A program made the translations under genes and the position numbers. The notes beneath the pieces were generated by a model that saw nothing but the letters and a program-made list of their open reading frames with translations, did no database searches and was not told where the DNA came from. 64,000 nucleotides of DNA from Candidatus Omnitrophota bacterium. GTDB lineage: Bacteria > Omnitrophota > Gorgyraeia > 2-02-FULL-51-18. Below are positions 30,760 to 40,027 of the stretch, piece after piece. Location: positions 2,641-66,640 of the forward strand of contig CAMDWQ010000011.1 in NCBI GenBank assembly GCA_945877765.1, in the 5' to 3' direction. Each line of letters starts with the position of its first letter. Position 1 is the stretch's first letter.

Positions 30760-31136
30760 GCCCCCACGGGATTCTCCATAGGGGAAAACTTTCAGTTTCC
30801 CCCTCTTGGCGCCCGTCCTAATTGCCTATATCCCTCCTCGGCAAGCCTCGTCGGGAAATTTCGGGAACGGCCGGGCTGTCACCCCCTTCGAAAGGGATGG
30901 GCCTTTATCACAGGGAAGAGGAGAGGAGCCCTCCTTTTCCCTGTGCTACCCATATCCTCCCGCATCGGAATCGCTTCGCGATTTTTATGAAATTGTTATC
31001 AGGGCGCCAATGACATTATTAGAATAACGCGCCTTGTCAATGAGAGTAGATATGAGATATATTGCTTCTGCCTGGGGTATTGAAGGCGGGTGCATCCAAC
31101 GGGAGACTTGACCCATTTAATAGAGGGACAGAAGAT

Positions 31137-31607
31137 ATGGAAAGAATAGAAACGGTAGTTATTTCAATCTTGTCATCTGGATTAGTTTCATCCGGTCTTA
31201 CGTGGTATTTAAAATCAAGGGAACTCAGCGATCAAAGGCGTTGGGAGCTTAAACGCGAGGCATGTCTCGAAGCTCTCGAAATTATTGATGCTCGTTTTGC
31301 CGACTATGATTGGTGTAAATCTGGGGTTCCATCAAAAGTTGATATACAAGATGCGATATCAACCGCCAAAATTCGGTCTTGCGTCAACCGGCTTGTGGTT
31401 GCATGCAAAAGCGCGGAGGTTCCGAAACTTTTCAAGAAATGTCTCAATCTTGAAGTTTCTGGTGAGGATCTTTTACCGCTTAATATGGATGTGGTTGTGG
31501 ATTTGCGCAGCGCAATTCGAAAAGAACTGGGGTTCGGAAAAGAAGTGGATGCGGATAGGAAGAACGCGTGGATTACCTTCATAAATTGGCGACGTCCCAA
31601 ACCTTAA
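31137..31607 (+). CDS. Hypothetical protein with N-terminal TM
   Basis: ORF with hydrophobic N-terminus; no recognisable motif. Confidence 0.55.
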   Translation: MERIETVVISILSSGLVSSGLTWYLKSRELSDQRRWELKREACLEALEIIDARFADYDWCKSGVPSKVDIQDAISTAKIRSCVNRLVVACKSAEVPKLFKKCLNLEVSGEDLLPLNMDVVVDLRSAIRKELGFGKEVDADRKNAWITFINWRRPKP

Positions 31608-31674
31608 GAGACTTGTTGCGGCGACGTCCAACCACTCATTGCACCAGAAGCGCCTCATCAGCAGGCTCCAATTC

Positions 31675-31782
31675 GGGGGACACGTAAAACAAAAGTGAAG
31701 GGGTCAAATCTCCTTTTGACTACTTGGCAATAACTGCCTCTGTACGGAATTTCTCATATAGCCAAGGGAGATTTGACCCCTT
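31675..31782. repeat. REP/REPIN-like element
   Basis: gggggacacgta plus inverted pair aaggggtcaaatctcc (31698-31713) / ggagatttgacccctt (31767-31782). Confidence 0.7.
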
Positions 31783-31791
31783 GTCCTTTCA

Positions 31792-31856
31792 AGTTAGCCG
31801 ATAGCTAAAATCTAGAATATTTTTTTGACGAAAAAGGCATCCTCCGTCGTCTAGTA
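31792..31856 (+). promoter_or_regulatory. Conserved upstream motif (copy B)
   Basis: agttagccgatagc...tgacgaaaa-N13-cgtctagta. Confidence 0.65.
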
Positions 31857-31944
31857 GGGTAGAGATATCACCTATCAACGATCATTTGGAGGCATGCTAA
31901 GTAGGCTATGGATCCGATCTCTTGTCCGGCGAGCGGATCTATGG

Positions 31945-31965
31945 TATATTTACATTGTAAATATA
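31945..31965. promoter_or_regulatory. Probable TA operator palindrome
   Basis: tatatttaca-t-tgtaaatata immediately before the brnT start. Confidence 0.6.
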
Positions 31966-32259
31966 TTGAATGAGATCCGATTCGCTTGGGATGAAGATAA
32001 GAACAAGCTCAACAAAATAAAGCATCATGTTTCTTTCGAAGAAGCCAAGAATGTTTTTTATGATGAATACGCGCTCCAATTTTATGACCCTGAGCATTCT
32101 CACTCAGAAGAAAGGTTTATGCTGCTGGGAATAAGTGATCGGCTTAGAGTGCTCTTTGTCTGTCATTGTTATTTGGAGAAAGATTCTATCATTCGAATAA
32201 TATCCGCACGCCGGGCAACCGCCAAAGAAAAGGCGTACTACGAAGGACAAATAAAATGA
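31966..32259 (+). CDS. brnT: BrnT-family toxin (start uncertain)
   Basis: FAWDEDKNKLNKIKHHVSFEEA, HSHSEERF, IRIISARRA. Confidence 0.9.
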   Translation: MNEIRFAWDEDKNKLNKIKHHVSFEEAKNVFYDEYALQFYDPEHSHSEERFMLLGISDRLRVLFVCHCYLEKDSIIRIISARRATAKEKAYYEGQIK

Positions 32260-32468
32260 GAAAAGAATACGATTTAACCAAACTAAAGAGCCGCCGTAAT
32301 CCATACGCCAAGGCGCTCAAAAGGCAAGTGACGATCCGTATTGGAAACGACGTGATCCATTATTTTAAAGAAATGGGCAACAAAACAGGAGTGCCCTATC
32401 AAAGCCTGATCAACTTATACCTGAGAGATTGCGTGGATTCTCATCGTGTGTTGAAGTGGGCTGCGTAG
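32256..32468 (+). CDS. brnA: BrnA/CopG-type antitoxin
   Basis: MRKEYD, NPYAK.LKRQVTIR, GVPYQSLINLYLRDC. Confidence 0.88.
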   Translation: MRKEYDLTKLKSRRNPYAKALKRQVTIRIGNDVIHYFKEMGNKTGVPYQSLINLYLRDCVDSHRVLKWAA

Positions 32469-32555
32469 TTCTTGATTGAAGATGAACGAATAAAAGTAAA
32501 AGGGGTCAAGTCACCCATTGACCGCACCCCTCACTTATAAAAAAAGGAGCACCCC

Positions 32556-32726
32556 ATGCCCGAAGGCGGATTCTTAGTAAAGTTTGACGGTAAAGAAGCA
32601 TTTCGCTGCTATTTTGTCTCGTTTGATTATGACCAGCTGCAATATACCGTCAACAACAAGGAAACGCATAAACTTCCCAAGGTGAAAAATATAACCATTA
32701 CAAGAGAAGATGACCCCATCTCTTGA
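32556..32726 (+). CDS. Small hypothetical protein (56 aa, not in ORF track)
   Basis: AAGGAG RBS, MPEGGFLVKFDGKEAF...; stop overlaps the TTG start of the PLD gene. Confidence 0.4.
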   Translation: MPEGGFLVKFDGKEAFRCYFVSFDYDQLQYTVNNKETHKLPKVKNITITREDDPIS

Positions 32727-34183
32727 AACTGCTTAAAGCACTCGTTATAGGAATTCTTTTTTTCCAACCGGTCTATGCCTCGCAAGCCGACATTCAAAAT
32801 ATTCCATCGTCCGAATATTTCTCCACCGCTCTCACTGAAATTTCCCAGGCGAAAGAATCGATCTATGTTGTCATGTATCTTGTCTCTTTCGACCCCGCCA
32901 ACCCCAATACCAAAGTCTCCCAGCTTTTAAAAGCGCTGGTCGATGCCAAAAATAGGGGAGTCTGGGTCCAAGTTATTTTTGATCAAACGATTGATTTTGC
33001 GGAAGACCAGCGGCCTGCGGAGGGATATAGAAATAAGAATGCCCCGGCGTTTGAATATTTACGGGCCAATCAGGTGGAGGTTTTCTATGATACCGAAGGG
33101 ACTTATACGCATGCCAAGGCGATTGTCATTGATCGGGAGATTTCGCTATTTGGCAGCAGCAACTGGTCCCGGGCGGCGCTGACTAAAAATAATGAAGTCA
33201 ATGCGATGGTGCGTTCATCCGAATTTGCGCAGGATCTTATTGATCAATGGGGCAAGATTGAACTTCAGCCCAATGTTGCGGTGGTAGCCGCGCCTTCTGT
33301 CAAAATCCCGCGGGATTTTCTGACCAATCCTGCGTTGTTCCAGGAAATGATCTCTCACGGCGACGAACGCGCTTTGGATGTCTATCTTTACCTCTTGAGC
33401 CAGTACCGCCAAACGGCGGATTCAAAAGTGATTCTGGATTACGACGACCTTGCGTCTTCTCTTGCCATGAGCGGTATGGCACCCGTAGATTATCGCCGGC
33501 AGATTACCAAGACCCTTTCAAAGCTAAAGGGAAAATACCGTCTGATTGATTTCCAAAACCCGACTCATGGCCAAAACGCCCAAATCACGCTGAAAGCTCC
33601 GGAGGCCGCCGATTCTTTTGATCTACCACTCACTTACTGGAAATATCACTGGCCCCAAAAACTTTCATTTCCCGCCAAGGTTATGTATCTCATTTTAATT
33701 TCTAATACCGATCTGGCGTCACCCAGTTTTACTATTTCAAGAGAAGGCCTCGCTAATGAATTTTCCATTTCAAAGTCTTTGATTTCAGACGGCACCAGAG
33801 ACTTAAGATTCCAGAACCTGCTCGACATTCAATATTCCCCCATGGACCGCGAAGATTTTTCCGACAGAAAGCCCAATAGCTACACTCCCACCCCGCTGTA
33901 TGACCCGTCAGCCCTTCAAGAATCCATAGCCGCTCTCGGCCAAAAAGAAGGACAGGCCAAACTCGATCGCGCCCTGAATGCCGCCTCCCAGGTTTTCGCC
34001 CAAAACAATCTATCTGCGATCAAATCACTCCTCGACCTCGAATCCCAATACGGCCCCGCCATCATCCACCAAGCCGCCCAAAAAATAGGCGAAAAAAAAT
34101 CCGACAACCCCAAACGATCCATCGCCTATCTAATCGCCACCATCAAAAGCATGGCCCGAATATACCGTACCCCGTCCCCATGA
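32723..34183 (+). CDS. PLD-family nuclease domain fused to wHTH/DnaD-like C-terminal region
   Basis: HAKAIVID + GSSNWS..AL..NNE single HKD motif; signal-peptide-like N-terminus. Confidence 0.75.
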   Translation: MKLLKALVIGILFFQPVYASQADIQNIPSSEYFSTALTEISQAKESIYVVMYLVSFDPANPNTKVSQLLKALVDAKNRGVWVQVIFDQTIDFAEDQRPAEGYRNKNAPAFEYLRANQVEVFYDTEGTYTHAKAIVIDREISLFGSSNWSRAALTKNNEVNAMVRSSEFAQDLIDQWGKIELQPNVAVVAAPSVKIPRDFLTNPALFQEMISHGDERALDVYLYLLSQYRQTADSKVILDYDDLASSLAMSGMAPVDYRRQITKTLSKLKGKYRLIDFQNPTHGQNAQITLKAPEAADSFDLPLTYWKYHWPQKLSFPAKVMYLILISNTDLASPSFTISREGLANEFSISKSLISDGTRDLRFQNLLDIQYSPMDREDFSDRKPNSYTPTPLYDPSALQESIAALGQKEGQAKLDRALNAASQVFAQNNLSAIKSLLDLESQYGPAIIHQAAQKIGEKKSDNPKRSIAYLIATIKSMARIYRTPSP

Positions 34184-34266
34184 CCCAAAAAGGGACACGT
34201 TAACTCACGAGAGAGCATGGATTTTTTTGTTCTTTTTGACCCGCTCAGGGTTGGGGCATATACTGA
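34162..34266 (+). repeat. Left half of the REPIN/MITE seen intact at 55074, carrying a sigma70-like promoter
   Basis: Aligns with 55074-55176; ttgacc(34236)-N17-tatact(34259). Confidence 0.75.
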
Positions 34267-34269
34267 CTA

Positions 34270-34380
34270 TGTTGACCCCGCTTTAAGGTCACAATTTGTG
34301 ACCTTGAATGCTTGGCCTCTGACAGGATCCACCCAAACTTGAGATGCCAATTTGGCATCTCAAACTTTCTAGCTGATACC
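34270..34380 (-). repeat. Array of two silent ORF6N variable-region cassettes
   Basis: Palindromes 34339-34363 (LESLRCQIGISSLGG) and 34282-34308 (EAKHSRSQIVTLKRGQH). Confidence 0.75.
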
Positions 34381-34381
34381 T

Positions 34382-34858
34382 TCAAAAGCGCTTCGGCGGT
34401 TCTTCATTTTTGGGTTTATCCTCCACGAGCATTTTGATCGCTTTGAATACAACCTGAAACTGCTGGTCGTATTTTTTCTCCAACTCATCCACGCGGATTC
34501 TTAGGTCTTTGTGAGTGATTGCCAATTCACGTAATTTCATAAATGTGCGCATGATCTGGATATTTACTTGTATAGCCTTCTTACTATTTAAAACGCTGGA
34601 GAGCATCGCCACGCCTTGTTCTGTAAATGCATAAGGGCTTGCGCGGCGAATGCCACCCCAACTTGAAATCACAAATTGTGATTTCAAGTTCTCAAATTCA
34701 TTATTCGTTAGCTGAAACATGAAATCATCTGGAAATCTATCTTTATTACGCTTAACCGCCTGGATCAGTGAACGAACTTCTACATCGTAAAGCTCTGCCA
34801 AGTGGGTACTGAGCATGACTCTTTGGTTTCTTAGTGTAAAAATATATTTTTCTGTCAT
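34382..34858 (-). CDS. ORF6N-domain DNA-binding protein 1
   Basis: RNQRVML..HLAELYDVE, KRNKDRFPDDFMFQLT, YAFTEQGVAMLSSVLNS, NIQIMRTF. Confidence 0.92.
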   Translation of the reverse strand: MTEKYIFTLRNQRVMLSTHLAELYDVEVRSLIQAVKRNKDRFPDDFMFQLTNNEFENLKSQFVISSWGGIRRASPYAFTEQGVAMLSSVLNSKKAIQVNIQIMRTFMKLRELAITHKDLRIRVDELEKKYDQQFQVVFKAIKMLVEDKPKNEEPPKRF

Positions 34859-34874
34859 AAAACCCTCCTTACCA

Positions 34875-34938
34875 TACAGGACGACACAGACCCCCTTTTT
34901 CGTCAAAAAAATATCAGGATTTTTGCTATCGGTTAACT
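34875..34938 (-). promoter_or_regulatory. Conserved upstream motif (copy C)
   Basis: agttaaccgatagc...tgacgaaaa-N13-cgtcctgta, then GGAGG-ATG. Confidence 0.65.
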
Positions 34939-34939
34939 C

Positions 34940-35156
34940 ATTTCCAACGGAAATTGGAGGTCACAATTTGTGACCTCCAATGTTGGGGTCTGTGGAGGAC
35001 TGCTTCAGGGATTTGAACCGGTCACAATTTGTGACTAGTTCGTTTTGGCCATTGGTCGAGACGCGAGTACAGATGACACATTTTTTCATGGCGGTATTTG
35101 CGCGAGCCGTCCCAACTTGATGTCCCAAATTGGAACATCAAGCCTGCAAAATATCC
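34940..35156 (-). repeat. Array of three silent ORF6N variable-region cassettes
   Basis: Palindromes 35116-35142 (LMFQFGTSSWDGSRK), 35015-35041 (ELVTNCDRFKSLKQSS), 34953-34981 (WRSQIVTSN). Confidence 0.75.
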
Positions 35157-35693
35157 TTACTCTGGCCTCGCGTGAAATCCAATAGTCCTTTTTCGTTTCT
35201 GTTTAAGAGGCTCTTCAATCTCTTTGATCGTTTCGAACACCACTTTAAACTGAGAGTCATATTTCCTCTCAAGTTCTTCGATCTTCTTCTGAAGGTCCTT
35301 ATGATTCAGGATATATTCTTTTAGCTTGGTAAATGTGCGCATAATTTGAATATTTACCTGGATGGCGCGCTTGGAGTTAAGAACCGAGGATAACATCAGA
35401 ATTCCATGCTCAGTAAATACCCTAGGCCTTTTACGAAGGCCGCCCCAACTTGATGTCCCAAATTGGGATATCAAGTTTTTGAACTCCTGTTCACTGAGCT
35501 GAAACATAAAATCCTCCGGGAAGCGATCGGAATTTCTCAAAACATTCCGGTTTAATATACGTGTTTCCACGTCGTAGAGGGCGGCAAGGTCTTTATCAAA
35601 CATTACCTTTTTGCCTCTGATGAAATATATTCTTCTCTCAATCGTGTCATGAGAAAGAAACGTTGAAACCTGGATAGATTTATTTTTTTGCAT
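35157..35693 (-). CDS. ORF6N-domain DNA-binding protein 2
   Basis: IRGKKVMFDKDLAALYDVET, RNSDRFPEDFMFQL, VFTEHGILMLSSVLNS, RTIGF. Confidence 0.92.
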   Translation of the reverse strand: MQKNKSIQVSTFLSHDTIERRIYFIRGKKVMFDKDLAALYDVETRILNRNVLRNSDRFPEDFMFQLSEQEFKNLISQFGTSSWGGLRKRPRVFTEHGILMLSSVLNSKRAIQVNIQIMRTFTKLKEYILNHKDLQKKIEELERKYDSQFKVVFETIKEIEEPLKQKRKRTIGFHARPE

Positions 35694-35710
35694 GGTAAGT
35701 CCTCCTACTC

Positions 35711-35773
35711 TACTTGACGACACAGACCCCCCTTTTCGTCAAAAAAATATCAGGATTTTTCTATCGGTTAACC
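35711..35773 (-). promoter_or_regulatory. Conserved upstream motif (copy D)
   Basis: ggttaaccgatag...tgacgaaaa-N13-cgtcaagta, then GGAGG-ATG. Confidence 0.65.
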
Positions 35774-35821
35774 TATTTCCAAAGGATTGACCGTCCCGAC
35801 CCAGGCGGGTAGACTGTCTGC

Positions 35822-36214
35822 ATGCCCCAATCCACCTCGAAGAGTCCTGCAACTGACATCATTAGCCTCCAGAAAAAAATCCTCCAATTCCGTGACGCCC
35901 GCGATTGGAAACAATTCCACAATCCCAAAGACGTAGCCCTCTCTCTAGTCTTGGAAGCCACCGAGGTCATGGAACATTTCCAGTGGAAAACTCCGGAAGA
36001 AATTAAAAAATACCTCCAAACCCACACCCCTGACATCGCCGCGGAATTAGCGGATGTTTTTTATTGGGTGCTTTTGATGAGTCATGATCTGGGGATTGAT
36101 ATGGGGGAAGCTCTGGAGAAAAAATTGAAAGTGAATGCATTGAAATATCCCGTCAAAAAAGCCAAGGGCAAGCACAGTAAGTACAATAAGGCATTCAATG
36201 GGAGGGGACGATAA
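35822..36214 (+). CDS. MazG-like nucleotide pyrophosphohydrolase
   Basis: FRDARDWKQFHNPKD.ALSLVLEA.E..EHFQW, ELADV, KYP. Confidence 0.9.
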   Translation: MPQSTSKSPATDIISLQKKILQFRDARDWKQFHNPKDVALSLVLEATEVMEHFQWKTPEEIKKYLQTHTPDIAAELADVFYWVLLMSHDLGIDMGEALEKKLKVNALKYPVKKAKGKHSKYNKAFNGRGR

Positions 36215-36218
36215 GCAC

Positions 36219-37037
36219 ATGAATCTCACAAAAATCTCGCAAAAGATTTGGCAAATAGCCGGTCTTGTCGCGTGCGCTTTATTTTTGTTAGGCACTTTGG
36301 CGATTGTTGTTGGCATCGGTTTTGCGGTTTTTCAATATAAAACACATCATGTTAATGGCATTGCGGTAGACCCGATGGAGGACAAGGGAAACCTGAAAGT
36401 CACAGCTGAATATGGCTTGCCTTTGCCATTAGAAGGGTCCGATTTTTATATGATTCCTGTCACGCTTGAAAAGAAAAAACACGGACAAGCGCGGGAAGCG
36501 TTTAGCGAAGTAGCCTATAGAAGTAGGTATGATAGCTATAGTAGCGGCAGTTACTCCTCTTATTCGTGGGGGCCTTATTACAACCTCGTGTTTATCAACA
36601 AGAAAACAGGTGAATCGCGGCCACTTCTTACTCAAAAAGGGTTTATCAATGGCGTTTATTTGCCCGAAAAAAAATACGATAAGAAAGACACTGAAATCAA
36701 ACCAACATTTCTACTGCTTAAGATTGCTACCGCGGACACGAATAATGACGGTGTGATCAACGAAAAAGACGCTTCTGCGGGATTTATTGCCAGCATCGAT
36801 GGGACAAAGCTGACGCAAGTCACACCTGATAATACTCAAATGAAATGGTGGTCTTATGATTTGGCCTCACAAAGACTTTTTGTGGAAATAATTCATGATG
36901 TAAACAATGACAAAGAGTTTGATTGGGATGACCCGCAAACAGTTTTAAGCGTAAACGTTCTCGACCCAAAAATTGCCCAGGAATTTGTTTCGGCAGAAAT
37001 TAAAAATAAAATCGAAGCATTACTGCTTAAAAAATAA
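36219..37037 (+). CDS. Membrane-anchored hypothetical protein with DxNxDG motifs
   Basis: N-terminal TM; DTNNDGVINEKD and DVNNDKEFDWDD. Confidence 0.65.
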   Translation: MNLTKISQKIWQIAGLVACALFLLGTLAIVVGIGFAVFQYKTHHVNGIAVDPMEDKGNLKVTAEYGLPLPLEGSDFYMIPVTLEKKKHGQAREAFSEVAYRSRYDSYSSGSYSSYSWGPYYNLVFINKKTGESRPLLTQKGFINGVYLPEKKYDKKDTEIKPTFLLLKIATADTNNDGVINEKDASAGFIASIDGTKLTQVTPDNTQMKWWSYDLASQRLFVEIIHDVNNDKEFDWDDPQTVLSVNVLDPKIAQEFVSAEIKNKIEALLLKK

Positions 37038-37489
37038 GCGGAAGCTGACCGATTTTAAACCGGGCAATACTCAAACTACTCCCAAAAGAACTGCGTTAGA
37101 GGGGTTTTTTACTAACCTGGTCTTTTTTGGTGACTAGGGACATTATCCCGTTGAGATACCGTGGATTCTTCCCAAGTAGTCAAGAAGAGACTTGACCCCC
37201 GTTTCATGCTCGCAAAACACCTAATATTTATCAAGAGATTTTTATAAACAACTACCATTAAAAGGGATAGAATATACTCCAAAATAAACGAACCCACGGT
37301 CGTATAAAAAATGAAACAACAAACAGGGCGGCTAGCTTTCATTAGGCACCCATTTGGGACAAGGTCCGGCGTATAATCGCGACACTAGTACAAGATCGAT
37401 TATTTTCCTCCCACGCTCTTCCTGACTGGTTAGGTCGATTACAAGTTTCATTTTCCAATCCCACGAAGTTTTCCTATCCCATATCGAAT

Positions 37490-40027
37490 GTGGACAAATT
37501 TAATATACTGATCGCTGCTCGCGCCAAACACACTCCGTTCAAAAATTTGGCTTTGGTAAGCCCTTTCGGAATTGTAACCAATCATTGGCTTGTTCTTATA
37601 AACGTTCTGCTTTCATGTGAGGAGGATTTTAGCGATCCTAATATTGATTTATTGAATGAACTGGCTGTGGGTGACTTAATTCAAATTGATGGTAAACGAG
37701 TCTGTTTCGGGGGAATTAGAGAAACGGATCGCGGGCGCTCGATAGGATTTTATGAAACTGGGAAAAAGGGCAAGGCAGGACCATGTTATACATGGTTATC
37801 TGAAAAAGATATCCGGGGAAGAATAGCGCCGTACGCGGGGATGGCCAAAAACCCCCAGCGCTTCACAGGTAAAAAAGCACGAGCCGCAATAGGACACAAT
37901 TTATTCGCAGCTTTACACGGAATCAATGAATTCCAACCGAATATCAAGACTTCATCATTAGTTATAACGGAAAAAAAGTCTTACATAGAGGAATTGCAGA
38001 ATTTAGAAATTCATTTAGCTTATGACGTTAGTACGCTTAAGTTTCCCTTTTGTGAAGCGATCCCTGCTGCGGCATACTCTACCAACAATAAATTTAGTCG
38101 TATAGCGGCTAAGAAGAACGATAATCGACCTCTTTTGCTCAAAATTGTTTCGTCTCCGGAAGTTGGAATAGAGTTATGCCAAAACGATAAAAATATACAA
38201 ACGGTAATTATAGACGGCGAATCAAAAATATTACGAAATTTTCTTGAGCTTAAGAGGATAAAAGAGATAGAGTCAGTAAAAAATATTTACATAATTCTTT
38301 CTAATAACATAGATCAGAAATCACTAAGAGAATTGCAACAGCTAGGTTTCTTTATTTGGAAGTGGAATGAAGAGTTTATTCTAAGCATAGGTACGGAGTC
38401 TTTGCCAGATAATCGTCAAAATGGCAATATCGATACGGGGGCCATTCAGAATAAACTAATCAGTAACCTGTTAAACAAGACATCAGAAATGGTGGAAGTG
38501 GATTACCCTTCCAAGGAAGCAAAAGCCTTAATCAATGAGTATTCAGAGATATTATTCTATTTAAAAGATTTTATCGATGAGCCGCACGCTGGAGAAATTT
38601 TTAGAGAGTTCATTTGCCAGGGTTATGGGTATCGCAGTTTTATACTTTCGCCGCTGGCAGGACTTCCATCCTGCCATGACCGTGTTAATAGATATATCGA
38701 ACAACTAAAGCTCCTTATACCCGTCTTAAAGGAGCTCAATAAAGCCACTGCCTTACACCAAAGATTGGATAGACTAGCGATAGCGATTGATCGGTTTAAA
38801 GATTTATTTTGTCTCGGTGTTAACCAAAAAAATGAAATGATAAAAAAACATCTTCATTCGGAAAGGACCGGGATCGGATTGGTATTAAAGAACTTACCGG
38901 CTAATAGCGTTCTAGATGAATTCGGCAAATTTATCGGCAAAGGCCTTTCATATCGATTTCTAAAGCTCTCCGACTTAAAAAGTTTTCACCCCTTCGATAG
39001 CTTGTTGTTTACTGGGTGGCTGGGAAGCAACCATCCCTATTACTTAAATTGCCCTTTAGCACCTAAGCATTTATATTTCTTGTACGACATAGAGAAAAAA
39101 ATTTATGAAATCATGCAGAGCCGGCAGCAATTGCATAACTTTCCTGAGCCCTTGGAAAGAGTTGCAGCTCTTTTAGATCTAACTCCAAGCGAGGTATTAT
39201 CGCTGGCGCCATCGTTAGCCCCTTCCAACCTTGCTTCAGTTGAGGAATTTGTTAAAAATAAAAGAGAAGTCAATTTAAACGATCTCTATGACGCTATCTG
39301 CTCAAAGAGAATCCCGTCATATTCTGGAACCGGAGAGATCGGAGAAGAATTGCTCCCTTCAAAATGCATTTTTTTTGAAGATGATCAATACGGCTTCTTT
39401 TCTGAAAATTACATAGCCAAAGTGTTGGATAGATCTAAGGAGGAAGTAATCGATAAGGATCTTAGCGTGCTCGCTGAGGGAGATGAGCTTTTGTTTTTGG
39501 AAGACTCCAAGAGAGATTTATTTCAGGTCATGGCTATAGAACTTCATAAAAAAATGCCGGATAGGATAGAAGAAGCAAAGATTTGGAGGGATAGTCTTAA
39601 ACGATTAAAAACAGAAAAGAATTACTCTGTTGAGAAACTTAATTCTGTACTTAGAGAAAATGGAGTTATTCAAGAGATCTCGACTTTGAAGGGATGGGTA
39701 AGTGATAAAGAAATGATAGCACCTCAATCACTTGACCGCCTGATAGACGTTCTCTCGACTCTATTAAATGATGCGACTATAGGGTCTAAAAAGAAATTAA
39801 TCATAACCGCTTGCAGACGAATTCGTGCGTCACATAACATTTTGGGAAGGTATCTGGCGAAACAATTAATTGGATCGTTTAATAAAGGCGCTAACACGGT
39901 ACAGCAAGATTTGGCAGCAAGCGCCGAAGAATTGAGGAAACACGTATATACGCTGCAAATAAATAAATTGTCCGATGACGTTCAGGCTGTTCCGGTATCG
40001 ATTCTTAACAAGGTATTTGAGCTATAA
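37490..40027 (+). CDS. DrmE-like protein (DISARM class II-like), tentative
   Basis: 845 aa, degenerate helicase-like motif (VIIDG), first gene of an operon with drmA/B and a C5 MTase; assigned mainly from context. Confidence 0.5.
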   Translation: MDKFNILIAARAKHTPFKNLALVSPFGIVTNHWLVLINVLLSCEEDFSDPNIDLLNELAVGDLIQIDGKRVCFGGIRETDRGRSIGFYETGKKGKAGPCYTWLSEKDIRGRIAPYAGMAKNPQRFTGKKARAAIGHNLFAALHGINEFQPNIKTSSLVITEKKSYIEELQNLEIHLAYDVSTLKFPFCEAIPAAAYSTNNKFSRIAAKKNDNRPLLLKIVSSPEVGIELCQNDKNIQTVIIDGESKILRNFLELKRIKEIESVKNIYIILSNNIDQKSLRELQQLGFFIWKWNEEFILSIGTESLPDNRQNGNIDTGAIQNKLISNLLNKTSEMVEVDYPSKEAKALINEYSEILFYLKDFIDEPHAGEIFREFICQGYGYRSFILSPLAGLPSCHDRVNRYIEQLKLLIPVLKELNKATALHQRLDRLAIAIDRFKDLFCLGVNQKNEMIKKHLHSERTGIGLVLKNLPANSVLDEFGKFIGKGLSYRFLKLSDLKSFHPFDSLLFTGWLGSNHPYYLNCPLAPKHLYFLYDIEKKIYEIMQSRQQLHNFPEPLERVAALLDLTPSEVLSLAPSLAPSNLASVEEFVKNKREVNLNDLYDAICSKRIPSYSGTGEIGEELLPSKCIFFEDDQYGFFSENYIAKVLDRSKEEVIDKDLSVLAEGDELLFLEDSKRDLFQVMAIELHKKMPDRIEEAKIWRDSLKRLKTEKNYSVEKLNSVLRENGVIQEISTLKGWVSDKEMIAPQSLDRLIDVLSTLLNDATIGSKKKLIITACRRIRASHNILGRYLAKQLIGSFNKGANTVQQDLAASAEELRKHVYTLQINKLSDDVQAVPVSILNKVFEL

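Noticed and set aside
30636-31700. Integrase-driven island at tRNA-Glu
   Set aside because: No integrase ORF and no direct repeat of the tRNA 3' end was found in the window.
31894-31965. Extended BrnT N-terminus (MLSRLWIRS...)
   Set aside because: Family similarity begins at about 31966 and the extension spans the operator palindrome; more likely the stub of a lost gene behind motif copy B.
34270-35693. Diversity-generating retroelement (TR/VR) explanation for the ORF6N cassettes
   Set aside because: No reverse transcriptase in the window, and differences between cassettes and genes are not adenine-specific.
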